Below, in pieces: positions 39,762 to 52,838 of a DNA stretch of 64,000 bases. Both the position numbers and the translations under genes were made by a program. Position 1 is the stretch's first letter; each line of letters begins with the position of its first letter. Source of the DNA: Cetorhinus maximus (lineage: Eukaryota); contig NC_135888.1 in assembly GCF_964194155.1 (NCBI RefSeq), forward strand, positions 37,200,001 through 37,264,000, read 5' to 3'. The notes under the pieces are model-generated. The model saw nothing but the letters and a program-made list of their open reading frames with translations. It was not told the origin of the DNA and ran no database searches.

Positions 39762-40039
39762 ATGGTGACTGATATTCATGTACAAATGAAGAATGTATTT
39801 GTGTCAGATTACTTCAAGGGTAAATTTAAATCTTATTGTTGGTTTCAAAATGGGCAGCAGAAAATCAACCACCCATTTTATATCACATCAGAATTCCTTT
39901 TCTAGTGAAGTAAATGGGAAAGAAAATTAGTTTGTGGGATGCACATTGGGAATTTGATTCGCCATTAGCTGTATTTTCACCCTGTCATAAGAATTAAAAT
40001 TTACTTGCTTTGCTTTCTATTTTTATGGTGGTATTCTTC

Positions 40040-40225
40040 TTATCCAGGACACGTCCTCAGTTATTCGAGGGTCACCGAACCACCGTTCATGCCACGATTT
40101 TACTACAGGGGAGGGGAGGAGGCAGGGCCCAAGTCTTCCTCAGCAGGAATGGGGATCAAGCCCCACCCTGTGGCGTTGCTCCATACCACATGCAAACTGT
40201 CTGGCCAACTTAGCTAACCAGCCCC
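40040..40225 (-). mobile_element. tRNA-derived SINE of a different family
   Basis: Minus strand GGGGCTGGTTAGCTAAGTTGG (A box) ... GGCTTGATCCCC (B-box-like). Confidence 0.45.
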
Positions 40226-40662
40226 TCAATGATGGTATGAACCGATTTCAAAATGAATGAGTTTGAAGGTTCAGTTCCCATTCCAGGGACTTGAGTAAAA
40301 AATCTAGGCTGACAATCCACGAGTGCTGCACTGTCGGAGGTGCCATCTTTCTGGTGAGATGTTAAGTCAAGGCCTTGTCTATCCCTTCGGGTCGACATTC
40401 GAGGTCCCACGGCACAATTCAAAGAAGAACCGAGAAGCTGTGCCCGGTGTTCTTGCCAGTATTAATTCCTCAACCATTGCCTAAAAACAGATTATCTGGT
40501 AATTATCAGATTGCTTCTTGTGGTCCTTGCTGTGTGCAAATTGACTTCTGCATTTTCTACATTACACATGTGTCTATAGTTCACAGAGTACATCACTGGC
40601 TGTAAAGGACTTTGAGATGTCCTGTGCTCATGAAAGGTCAAATGCATGTCTTTCTTTTCTTT
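40225..40662 (+). mobile_element. Deu-domain SINE
   Basis: Aligns with 26095-26515. Confidence 0.75.
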
Positions 40663-41045
40663 CATTCAATGAGTTAGTTGTGTTAAAGTAAAGGACAATG
40701 TAATGTCATATAAAGAACTTCATTGTTCATTTGCTCATATTGTACACAGCAATCTCTAAAGTAGACTTTAATTGGCGCAGATACTATTTAGCTTTTGATT
40801 GGCATTTTCAATGATGAAATCTCTATTAAAGGATAGAAGTACTTTTGTAACCCAAGAAAATCGGTTGATAGTTTGCTCTGTCACTGTTGCTTCATCTAAT
40901 TCTTTTATCCACCTGCATTTTGATAAAAGATGATTTCAGTTTCCATTGATGAGCTGGTCTTCACTCAAAAATGTGGGTTTGAACACAGTAGAGATCGGTA
41001 ATAAAAAACCCTTGTCAAATTATTACATTGAAAGGCAGATCGTAA

Positions 41046-42530
41046 ACATAGGAACATAAGACTTAGAAGCCAGAGTAGGCCATTCAGCCCTTTGAGTCTG
41101 TTCCATCGTTCAATAAGATCATGGCTGATCTGGTTGTGGGTCAAAACTCCACTATGCCGTCTGCCACCATAACCCTTGACTCTCTTGTCTATCAAAAATC
41201 TAACTCTGCCTTGGATAAATTCAATGACCCAGCCTCCACTGCTTTCTGGGGAAGAGAATTCCACATATTAATGGCTCTTTGAGAGAAAAAAAAATCCTCA
41301 TCTCCATCTTAAACTGTAGACATCATTCTTAAACTGTATCCTTTGGTTCTAGTCTCTCCCACAAGTGGAAACATCCTCGTGATATCTACCCAATCAAATC
41401 CTCTCAGGATCTTATGTTTCAATAAGATCACCTCTCTTTCTTCTAAACTCCAATGGATATAGGCCCAAGCTGTTCAACTTTTCTTCATAAGATAAGCCCT
41501 CATCCCAGGAATGAGTTGAGTGAACCTTCTCTGTACTGCTTCTAACACTATTATATTTTTTTCAAATAAAGAGACTAAAACTGTACACAATATTCCAGAT
41601 GTGGTCTTGCCAAGGCCCTGTACAGCTGCAGTAAAACTTCCCTATTTTTATATTTCATTCCCCTTGTAATAAATGTCACATTCCATTTGCCTTTCTAATC
41701 ACTTGCTGTACCTCCATACTAACTTTTTGTGATTCATGTATCAGGACACCCAGATCCCTCTGAACCACCAAGTTTTGCTATCTCTTTCAATGTACTGCTT
41801 TTCTATTCTTCCTTCCAAAGTGGACAAGTTCACATTTACCCACATTATACTCCATCTGCCAATTTTTTGCCCATTCACTTAACTTATCAATTTCCCTTTC
41901 CAGGCTCTCTACCTCCTCTGACAGCTTACTTTCCTACTTATCTTGGTGTCATCAGTAAATTTAGCTACCGTACATTTAGTCCCTTCATCCAAATCATTGA
42001 CGTAGATTGTAAATAGTTGAAGCCCCAGATACTGGTCCCTGTGGCACTCCTGTAGTTACAGTTTGCCAAACCAAAATGTGTCTCATTTATCCCTATTCTC
42101 TGCTTCCTGTTGGCTAACCAATCCTTTGTTCATGCTAATATGTTACTTCCTGCACCATCTACTCTTACTTTGCATAGTAACCTTTGATGTGGCACCTTAT
42201 CAAATGCCTTCTGGTAATCCAAGAACACCACATCTACAAGTTCCCCTTTATCCATCTTGCTTGTTACTTCCTCAAAAAAACTCTACTAAATTAGCTAACC
42301 ATGATTTCCCTTTCACAAAGCCATGCCTTATCAGATTCTAAGTATCCTGCTGTAACCTCCTTAATAATGCATTCTAGCAGTTTCTCTGTGACAGATGTTA
42401 GGCTAATTGGCCTGCAGTTTCTGGCTTTCTGTCTCCCTCCTTTCTTGAATAAAGGTGTTAAATGAATTATTTTCCAATCCGTTGGGACCCTTCCAGAATC
42501 TAAGGAATTTCAGAAGATTATAACCAATGC
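41046..42530 (-). mobile_element. CR1 LINE, 5'-truncated
   Basis: Reverse complement aligns with 14895-16030 and extends further upstream (GVPQGPV, KFTDDTK). Confidence 0.9.
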
Positions 42531-43319
42531 ATCATAAAGTCAGACAATTGACAGGCAATTGTTCATTTTTTCCAAAATGTATATGTATATCCACCAAGAA
42601 CAAACATCATGGTGCAAGATTCAAGTCTGGATTGATGAAGAACACTTCGGGCCAAAATAAAAATCAATGCTGTCTCAAAGAGGATAACATAGCAATATTA
42701 CTAATTTGTCTTCTTTTGATGATCATTCATCCAAGGATTCAACTGTTGCCATGGGAACTGATGAAGAGATATGCAAACTACCTCCTGCCAAGACAGCTGC
42801 TTTTGTAGCAGATTGACTGCCATTAATTTCTGTAACAGTGAGAGATGGAGGCTCTTTTTTGTATTAATTATGTTCTAAGTGAATTTCTGTAATATTTAGT
42901 TCAGTTCAATTAGAAACACAGATATCAGGGTGTGAAATATCCCTTATTTCATTATTCACAGCATCTGTCATGCTAACTGGAGTCATTAATTTAATTAAGT
43001 TGTTGTTCCTGGTTTTCACTAGCATGAACAGTTGTTCATCTTCGAAGCATTTCACTTAGGTACTGTAGACTGTATTATCTGAAAAATTATAGATGGGTCC
43101 AACGTAATGGGGGTCACTGTGAAGTGAATGTCAATCTTTGATACCACAGAAATGACTAGTGGCTGCAGATGATGCCGTGTGCGTTTGTCGTCAATGGATA
43201 AAACGATGATTTCAATGTGCAGTTACATCATTTCTGATTGATTGTTGGAGAGATCCATCCAAGCCTGTGACCAGTTTAAAATGTCAAAAGTTAGCTTGAA
43301 AACATGAAATGGACTCTTA

Positions 43320-43640
43320 CAGAATCATAGAATTAAAGACACTTACAGCAAAGAATGGGGCCATTCAGCCCACAGTGCCCTTGTCAGCTCTTTGAAATTT
43401 GTCCAATTTAATCTCACTGCCTAGCTTTTTCCTCATAACCCCGCAAATTAGTCCTCTTCAAGTATATGTCCACTTGCCTTTTGAACGTTCCTATGGAAGC
43501 TGGTTCCATCGCTCTTTCAGGTAGTGCATTCCAGATCATAACAGCCATCTGAGGAAAACAATGAGGAATTCCTCATCTCCTTTTGGTCCTTTTACCAATT
43601 AATTTAAACCTCAGACCTCTGGTTACTGACTCCTATCTCT
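43320..43640 (-). mobile_element. CR1 3' end fragment
   Basis: CAGAATCATAGAA tail; similar to 63560-63850. Confidence 0.65.
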
Positions 43641-44570
43641 TTAGAATTGTCTGCCTCTCCTAGGGCTGTGGGAGTGCGTGACAGATGGGATACAGCGTGG
43701 TGAGATGTGTATCATGATGCTCTGGCCCTCATGGTGTGGGGCAGGCTTGATACATAATTCATCTTTTACGTCCCATCAGTTTTGTATGTTCAGTGATGCA
43801 GCTGAGCATGTTCAGCATGTCATGATTCGAACTGGGATCTTTGCTGCATTCTGAGCTCCCTCAATCTGGCTCCAAGCCTTTCCTCTATGACCCTCAGCGC
43901 ATTATGTGCCTCGCTCTCTGGTTACATCATTACATCATTCTACTTCACCATCCCTTCTCTCTAATTCACCTGTTATTATGACTTAATTCGCTGTGCAGAT
44001 ATACATCTTCAGGCTTGGTTGCTAACAGTGGAGTGTATCTGACCTAGAAGTGCTGGATGCCAATAACGTTGTATAAAAAGCTAAGTCTTCCACTTGGCTT
44101 CTGCTCCCCAACGCTAACAACCTTGGCCTCTTTACAAGAAGCATCAAGTTCCAGCTGCCATTAATAGAGTTGGTGAGTAATGAGGTGTTGCAGTCATCTA
44201 TAGAGATGAACAATTGCCCGATCAGCAGTTACAGAGCTAAGAATGGGCCGAAGTATCAATTAATGTATTTCTAAAATGCCATATTACTGTTCCTTTAAAT
44301 GACAATACCGTTCTTATTCATGAAACAAAATAGGTTCATACATCATTAAATCAGAGAGGCAATCAATACCAGGAAACAAGGTTTGTTCTTAACAGGGATA
44401 GATTTGCCCAAGGCTGAGTTTGGAGGTGCCACAGCTAGAGAGAATGCAATTCTCATACATGTATTTGTACTGACATCAAATCCAGATCATGCAACCCCCA
44501 AATCTTGTCCAAAGCAAGGTCGAAGATTTTGGGCAGAATTGTCTGGGCCGGCTGGCATTGTGCGTGATCA

Positions 44571-44868
44571 ATGGTGAGAGCAGACAATGTGGCGAGAGCG
44601 GACAATGTGGCGAGAGCAGACAATATGGCGGGAGCAGACAATATGGCGAGGGGGACAATATGGCGAGAGCAGACATGGCGAGAGCAGACAATGTGGCGAG
44701 AGAAACAATGTGGCGAGAGCAGACAATATGGCGAGAGCAGACAATATGGCAAGAGCAGACAATATGACAAGGGGTACAATATGGCGAGAGCAGACAATAT
44801 GCCGAGGGGGACAATATGGCGAGAGCAGATAATATGGCAAGAGTGGACAATATGGCGAGAAGGACAAC
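44571..44868 (+). repeat. 18-bp tandem repeat (GGCGAGAGCAGACAATAT, ~16-17 copies) in the Harbinger subterminal region
   Basis: Direct reading; gives the ARADNM / WREQTI / GESRQY periodic ORFs. Confidence 0.95.
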
Positions 44869-45918
44869 AATTGGTTTCATGATGTTGTGAAACCAGGTTG
44901 AGATCGTCCGCTCAGCCTGTCGATCGTGGGCCGTATTTCCTGCCATCGGACATGGGGAACCTCATTCTAATACATCAGCATATCATTATAAGGCTAGCCC
45001 ACTGGACTCACCCCCATCCCCGCTCCCCCCTCGACTGGATCGTCCACCCATATCAGCGTGCAATTGCACCGACGTGGTTCACAACGGCATATATAAGGTG
45101 TGCACTTGACAGGCAGCACATTGAGGGAAACTCAGAGGTGAGTGCACAATAACGTTGCAGAGCGCTCATGGGGAGCACCTATTGGACTTCATGGTTGAGG
45201 CGCATTGCGGGGGGTCGGGGGGAAGGCTGCCCTGTGACTGAAGGTGGTGCACATGCACGTGCCAGGGTGGGGAGGGGGGGGCAGGATGTTTCAGGGGAGC
45301 ATCCACGCATTAGGGACACCTTGTATAATGTGACCATTCCTCTGCAGCTGAGACAGGTCAGGTGCAGTCACATTGATATTACTGGAGTCGGAACTCTAGG
45401 TTATCTGCCCACTCAAGCAACGCAGATGCATGAAAGTGCCACCAAATGCTCCAGAGCTTTTTACCCCTCGGGCACAGACTGCAAAGTAATGAGCATTTTA
45501 GTGGACTGCAGAACAGTTGGACCACTGGGCACATTGTACAATCTCCTTGCTAAAGCTGGCTGTGCAGCTGTCACTGCTGGAGGTGCTCACAGCCCCTTGC
45601 AATGTCATCATTCCGGTTTGGACCAGACTCCCTCATGGTTCAAGCTAATAGTGCAGCCTTGCAGTTCAGGATGGGAGAATGCCTGTGCCTGAACTGAGAG
45701 CACAGCATGCAGTCCATTGGGCAAAGCTGCCACCAATCGGTCAGGTGGACTGGGGCGGAAGTGGGTGGGGTTTCGAACAGCCATGCAGCACACTAATCTC
45801 TGGCCATCCAAGTGGTGGCCAGCACTCTCCGGGATGCGTTAAGGGGCCTTCAGACTTAAACAAGAGAGGTTCTGACTACACTCATGCTAACCTCTCTTTC
45901 ATCCTGCAGGAGGAGTAC

Positions 45919-47126
45919 ATGAGGGTCATGGAGCCTGGTGACCTAGCTGTATGCCTCATGGTGTACAGAGAGTGAAGACGACAGAGAAGAGAGAGACTGA
46001 AGCTGACTGTGCAGAGGGAGGAGCAACATCCTCAGGAAGAAGGGGTGGCTGAGGCTCTGGCACATGCTGCTGAAGAGTCATAGCGAGCTATCGCTGGTTG
46101 GTGCCTAGCAAGATTCAGGGTCTATGGATTCCTGCAGATGACCAAGAACCAGTGTCGCCAAAGACGTGACTAGGGAACTAGTCAGGTCACATCTGCCAGC
46201 TACTGCAGATTTGGCGCCACGGGGACATGGAGGGCATCTACTGCCAGTGGCTGTGAAAGTGACTGTGGAGCTCAATTTCTACATCAGTGGCTCCTTTCAG
46301 GGCTCCACAAGTGACCTCTGTGGGATATCAAAAGCATCCACACACAAATGCATCCATGATGTCACGGATGCCATCTTTGTGAGGGCACACAACTTTGTGC
46401 ATTTCGCCTGGGGCCAGGAGAGCCAGGAAGCAAAAACGATTGGATTTTCCCAGATCTTGGGTTTCCCATAGCTGCAGGGTGCCATCGACTGCACTCATGT
46501 GACACTCAGATCTCTGAGGCAACAACCGGTCAACTATGTCAACTGCGAGGGATTCCATTGGCAGAATGTGCGTCCACCACAAATGAATCCTGCAGGTGCG
46601 TGCATGGTTTCCAGGGAGTGTGCACGACTCCTACATTCTCAGTCGGTCTCAGATCCCTGACATCTTCGAGGGTCCACAGAAGCTGCAGGGACGATTCCTT
46701 GGGCACAAGGGCTACCCGCAGAGGGCGTGGCTGATGACACCGTGTAGCGGCCTCAGAACGAGGCTCGTGCTGCAACTTGCAGCTTGCTGGAGCAGACCAT
46801 CGGGATGCTGAAGATGAGGTTCCGGTGCCTGGACTGGTCTGGTGGAGCTCTGCAATACAGTCCGCAGAGTGTGTCACGCATCGTTGTTGCCTGCTACGCC
46901 CTTTACAACCTCGTGTGCAATGGGAAGAGGAGCTGGCTAAGGAATAGATGAAGGAGCTGCACATCTCCTCCAATGAGGAGGACATCGGCAGTGATGAAGG
47001 TGAGGAGGTCCTCGAAGGTGATGATGAGATGAAGATGAGGCCCTCGCACTGGCCAGACGAGGCAGGCATGCTCAGGAGTTCCTCATAGCTGCTAGATTTG
47101 TGAAGGATGATTATGACATGCAGTGA
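45919..47126 (+). pseudogene. Harbinger DDE transposase (HARBI1-like), disrupted
   Basis: LPVAVKVTVELNFYISGSFQ..GFP*LQGAIDCTHV..FPGSVHDSYIL..GHKGYP..EQTIGMLKMRFRCLD; splice acceptor CTTTCATCCTGCAG at 45909. Confidence 0.9.
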
Positions 47127-47847
47127 GGAGACACCATAAGATCCTCACATTGCATTTATGAACGTTTGACTCCGGTCTGGCTTATGGAAGTGCACATACC
47201 CTCTGTGATAATGCTCCTGTCATGGAGGCACAGTGAAGCATAGTAGTCGCTCCATTGCAGGAGAATGATGATGACATGCAGTGAGGACACTCCATCGATC
47301 TTCACATTGTCTTTGAGAATGTCTGACTCCTGTCTGACCAAGGGCAGCTCACTTGTGCTCTGTGGTAAGGGTCATATCATAGAGACACAACCATGAAACT
47401 TTAGAAACATCTGATCCTTTGTCCATCTTCAGCTCCTGATCCCGAATATTTATTTGGGACTCTGCGAGCATTTGGATTTGGGACATATTCTGTTGCCCGG
47501 ATCTGACTTTAGTATGCTGCCACAGGCTGAAGAGATGGGGACAAGCCCCACCTTAAAGGTGCTGAGAGCGCACCAAGAGAGAATGAGGGAACTCTGTGAT
47601 GCCTGCCCACCACATTCTGACAGCAATGACAAGAACCGTTGAGGTGCAGGCATCAGTAACGTGTCCAGGGAGTATGAGGCCCTGGACTGAGACACCTGCC
47701 TTTATCTTGTGCAGAAAATTTTCACATCTGAGTGACAAGAACACTGCTCATCAGAACAAGGAGCCATAGGCAGGGAGACATTATTGGAAGTTTATTGACA
47801 ATAGTGAACATTATGTACAAGTGATTAACGCCCTTGGCCAGACTGTG

Positions 47848-50800
47848 CTTCTGTGCGGCAGGTGCCATGCACGGACCACCGTCTGATGTGGGCGGAGCTC
47901 GCTGCGTCCTGCGCTTGGATGGGGTCCACATACTGGTACTTTAACAAGCTGCTGCTGGAGGACAAGTGGTTCCTGGACTCGTTCCGTCGTTTCTGGGCCA
48001 GCTGGAGAAGGAAGCGGGGAGGCTTCCCCTCCTTGAGGCTATGGTGGGATGGGGGCAAGGTTCACATCCGCATCTTCTGTCAGGAGTACGTGAGGGGGTC
48101 GACAAAGAGTCGGAAATCTAGGGTCAAGGAATTGGGGAAGGAGGTGCTCAACCTGGAGGCACTTCTCCGTCACCCCAATGTGGACCCGGCCCCGTGGCCG
48201 GCGTACGATGAGAAGAAGGGCGCGCTGCGGGACCTGCAACTCGTCGAGTCCTGCGGTGCGTACGTGAGGTCACGGATCCGGTTCCTCAGAGACCTGGACC
48301 GTTGCTCCTCCTTCTTCTACTCGCTGGAAAAAAGGCACTGGGTCCGTCAGCAGCTCCTTATGCTGCTGGATCCCTCGTCTCGGATCTGGAGGGCATCAAG
48401 GCCATTGTCCGAGACTATTACTCTACCCTGTTCTCTCTGGATCCGTCCAGCGAGGATGCTTGCAGAGTTTTGTGGGAGGACCTGCCGCAGGTCGGCCCGG
48501 AGAGCACCGGAAAGCTTGACTCCCCTGTAAGTCTGGGGGAGCTGACCGGCGCCCTCGACAGTCTCTCCAGGGCAAATCCTGGGGGCTGGACGGGCTGACC
48601 GCAGAGTTCTTCAGGGAGTTACAGGACGTCCTGGGGGACGATTGCATGGGGGTCCTGGGGGAGAGTATCGTGACCGGGGAGATGCCCCTCTTGTGGCACA
48701 AGGCTGTGATTGCCCTGCTGCCAAAGTAGGGGGATATCCGCCTGTTTAAAAACTGGCGCCGGTCTCCCTCCTCAGCATGGGTAATAAAATCTTTGCCAGG
48801 GAAATGTCTTCTTGCCTTGGCACCGTGCTGGACCACATGGTCCACCCTGACCAGTCCTACGCCAACCCGAACCGCACCATCTACGACAACATCCATCTGG
48901 TCCGGGACGTGATCCACTTTTCCCAGAGGACTGATCTATCGAGCGCTTTCCTGTCTCTTGACCACAGGGTAGATCACGAATATTTATTTGGGACTCTGCG
49001 AGCATTTGGGTTTGGGACATATTCTGTTGACCGGATCTGACTTTAGTATGCTGCCGCAGAGTGCCTAGTTAAGGTTAATGGCTCTCTGATGGCACCTCTT
49101 CGCTTTGGGAGAGGAGTGCGTCAGGGCTGTCCCCTGTCTGGCCAATTGTATTCTATCTGCGTGGAGCCTTTCCTGCGCCTCTTGTGGAGGAGCTTGTTGG
49201 GATTGGTTCTGCGTGGGCCGGGCATCGGGGGATCTTCTCGACTTACACCAGATGACGTGCTCCTCATGTTCACCTGGAGAGGATGCGCGAGTGCCAGGAA
49301 GTCTATTCTGCCGCGCCCTCTGGCAGGATCAACTGGAACAGGTGCTCTGGACTCCTGGTCGGTCAGTGGCAGATGGATCCCCTACCTGAGGAACTCAGGC
49401 CTTTCAGCTGGAGCAGGACCAGCCTCCTCTACCTAGGGGTCCACCTCTGCCCTGCTGAGGAATCCTGGCTGGCGAACTGGCAGGAACTGAAGGCCAGAGT
49501 CACCACTCACCTGCAGCACTGGATGGGACTGCTCCGAGCGCTGTCTTACTGGGGTCGAGTGCTGGTCATAAACCAGCTAACTGCTGCCATGTTGTGGTAC
49601 CAGCTGGTCACTTTTTTGTCTCAAAAATCCAGAGAATGCTTGTCGATTTTGTCTGGGACAAAAGGCTGCACTGGGTCGCTGCTGAGGTTCAGAGTCTCCC
49701 GCTTAGGGAGGGCAGCCAGGCGCTGCTCTGTCTACGCACCCAGGTGGCGATATTCCACCTTCGGGCCCTGCAGCAATACCTTTACCTTGAGCCCCCACCG
49801 AGATGGTGTGCCCTGGCAACGTATTTCTTCCGCCAGGTGCACGGCCTGTATTGTGACGTGTAGCTCCTGTTTATAGACCTGAGGGGCCTTTGTGGCTCCT
49901 TGCAGGTGTTGCCCGTCTTTTACCAGGACCTGATCAAAGTATGGAAATGGTCACCTCATGATGTAGCTCTTGGCCGTCAGGAGTAGTGGATATCGTCAGA
50001 GAGCCGCTGCTCAGGAATCTGCCCCTCCTCCTTTTCAGTGGCTGGCAGAGAAGAGGGCTGACGGGGTGACCAGGATCAGGGATGTGCTGGGTGGCGGAGG
50101 AGTGGACTGGGTGATTCCACAAGAGTTGGCGCATCGCGCGTCCGTGGATTTCTGGCTCATGGCCAATGCCGTTTAAGATCTTAGGACAGTCATGCTCGGC
50201 CCTGACGCCATTCTGGGCCTCAAGGTGGCTCAGGTGCGTGGTGATCTTCCGTACGAGCATACGCCTGTTTGGAGGAAATTCCACATTGGCCCCAAGCCCC
50301 AAACCCTCCCTCAGGAGCCGGAACCCTGCAACCTGCGTCGCCTCGTAGAAAAGCCCTCTGTGCCCTTTAGCGCGGCGCAGGGGGGGTTTCCTGCATGGGC
50401 TGCTGCACATCCTTCACTTCCTTGCCCGACGCCCGCCACCTGGACATGCCCTGGTGTGCTGCCTTGTTGTCTTCCGGCGGCAGAGGTCTACACCCACCCC
50501 TCTACCGAGGCGTCCTCCTATTTTCCATCGGGGACCTGAGGTGGAAGGTGTTGCACGCAGCAGTCCCAGACAATCGTAGGATGTGTCAGTTCATGGACTC
50601 CCAAGGTGCCTGCGTTTTTTGCGGTCTTGTGGAGTTGGTGGACTATGCGCGTTGTAAGTTGTTGGCTGCACTCCCTTTTTAATTTCTTGAAAAACACCTT
50701 ACTGTTGTTTTGTTTGCACTTCAGCTCCACGCTCCTGATCTACAGGCACCCGTTGCGGAGGGGGGCCGGGAGGGAGGAGGACCTCCTCGTGAACCTGCTC

Positions 50801-51139
50801 CTGGGCCTGGCCCAGTTGGCTATTAACAAGTCCAGGCAGCGGGCGATAGAAGGGTCGTTCGAGCCGACTGTCTGCCCCTCTCCCGCAGCTCCGTTCGCGG
50901 CCGGGTGTCCCTGGAGAGGGAGCACGCGGTGTCTGCTGGCACCGTCAAGGCCTCCCATGCCCGGTGGGCGCCATGGGGACTGGGGGGGCTTTATAGACCC
51001 TTTTGACCACATTTTGGTCTGATGTTTGTAAATTTCCTTTGAATTTTGTCTTTTCTTTTTGCAGTTTCCCGATAAGGGACTGCCTTTTACCTTGTCCCTG
51101 ATTTTGTTAATTTAGTTTAATTGTTTTGACTCAAAAGAG
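47848..51139 (+). mobile_element. Tx1-clade (L1 group) LINE, 5'-truncated ORF2 plus T-rich 3' UTR
   Basis: Starts in the EN C-terminus (CTDH..W.FN..LL.D); W..GK..IR; PGG*DGLTAEFF; VHPDQSY..RTIYDN; GVRQGCPLSGQLY; YLGV; GRVLVINQL; C-terminal CVFCG; ends TCAAAAGAG. Confidence 0.92.
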
Positions 51140-52838
51140 TTACACCTTCTTAACTTCCCTAACCCTGCTGCTACATCTTGCTGCTCCCCTTACATCCACA
51201 GTGGAGGTGGAAGCAGCCTGTTGACGGCTGTGTCCTGTCTGTAATGACCTGAGCGAGCGACCTCTGGAGGGCCGAAACCTGTAGGGCCCCGGCCTGCTTT
51301 TGGGCTCCTGCTATGTGGCAGTGGCACATTCCTTGGCCTATGGAGCTGGAGCTGCTAGGATCACAGAAAGAGGAGATTCAAATGGGCCGGGCACTCCTCG
51401 AGTCACCTGGATGGATGGCCCCGAGGGATACACCTGCTGATCCTCCTCCCTATGAGTATCCGAGGGCCCCAGGCTGACTCCTTGAGGAGAAGGGGTAGCT
51501 GGAGTGAGATCAGGCTGCCCTGTACCCCTCTCGCATACACACAGGTGGAGGCCAATATGGTGTCAGCTATGGAGTTCAGCCCGCGCAGCAGTGCAAGACC
51601 AATGTCCTGAACCAAGGACTCCATGGCATCTGCCATCCTACCAGTGTTGACCTCGATGCATTGGCATGCCAGTGCTGTTACTTCAGACTGAAGGCGGACA
51701 GGCTCCTCCATCGTGCCTGGCAATCTGAGGAGTGCAGTGGACATCCCTTCCTGATGTTCCCAAGCTTGCCTTTGCAGCTCCAGCAACTGTGACATGATCG
51801 AGTCCAGAGGCTCATCATCTGACTCGGACTCAGCAAATTCCTGGCCTCCAGCAGTCCTCCGAGTGCCAGACACCTGGGAAGTCCCTGCCAATGCTTGCTG
51901 TGGGTCTGTAAGTGTGATGTGATCACCACATTGTGATCTCGAGGCTACTTTAAAGCTAGGTCCCCTGAGATGTGTGTGTCTCTGCTCTGGTAGAGGGTGT
52001 GGGTGAGCGCTGTGATGGGACTTCAAGGAAGGTGCCTTCAGATTCCGCTTTGGAGGTTTCTTCGGTGCTTGATTGGAGGCCCTGAGTTGTGGACTCTGTC
52101 GGCTGTTTGGCAGCTGTGCCTGTGAAAGCAAGGGGAGATAATTAGTGCATGGCAGTGACCTGTGAAACAGGACACATCACTCACAGCATGGTTGGTGATG
52201 GGTGTTAAACTGCTGGATCCTCAATTGGTAGAGCACCACCGACCTCACCGTCAGCACAGGACTGGTCCAGATTCTCACCGCCCAGCTGGATGGCTCTGTT
52301 TTCAAAGTTCTTGAGAACATTGATTTCAGGCATCCTTCCACCAGTCTGCGACCTCTCCCTTTTGTTGTGTGCCAGCTTGTCCTGCATAAATAGACATGGA
52401 GAGAATGTAAGCAGGATGCCTGCCAGGCCAGATGATAAGTGTGCCAGGCATATGCGGGTGCTGAATGGTCCAATGGACAGGATGAGGACAATGAGGGTGT
52501 GTGTGAGAGAATGAATGGTGATGTCCCTGGGACCGGCAGTGAGTGAGGGTCCTGTGTACGTGTGATGGGTTTGTGAGTGTGTGAGTTGAGAATGATAAGA
52601 AGAGTGAATTACCCTGGCAGAATGGAGATCATTCATCTTCTTGTGGCACTGGGTGGCTGTCCTCTTTTGCTGGGCATTGGCACTGACCACCACTGCCACT
52701 GCCTCCCAAGTTGGATTAGTGACGTTGCTGCCCAGCCTGCAGCCAAAGCGAGGGTAGAGGACATCACGGCGAGCCTCCACAGCTTTCAAAAGGCTCTCAA
52801 GGACTGGGGGTTGTAGCCTTTTTGCCTTTCAGGGCCAT
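51140..52838 (-). pseudogene. Harbinger Myb/SANT DNA-binding protein gene, three exons (52838-52613, 52381-52185, 52119-~51140), disrupted
   Basis: AVEARRDVLYP..WEAVAVVVSANAQQKRTATQCHKKMNDL (Myb/SANT-like); canonical GT/AG at 52612, 52382, 52184 and 52120; exon 2 DKLAHNKRERSQTGG. Confidence 0.85.

Noticed and set aside
43165-43240. Possible C/D-box snoRNA (ATGATGC...CTGA, ~70 nt)
   Set aside because: C box is mismatched, the terminal stem is weak, and I recognise no rRNA guide.
44571-44868. CRISPR-like array
   Set aside because: Units are head-to-tail with no unique spacers, and the context is eukaryotic.
44453-44946. Overlapping ORFs in all six frames with hexapeptide repeats
   Set aside because: Artefact of the stop-free 18-bp tandem repeat; no evidence of coding.
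45919-47126. Domesticated host HARBI1 gene (also 19920-21150)
   Set aside because: Multiple stops and frameshifts; the 45919 copy lies within TIRs with a Myb partner, so these are transposon copies.
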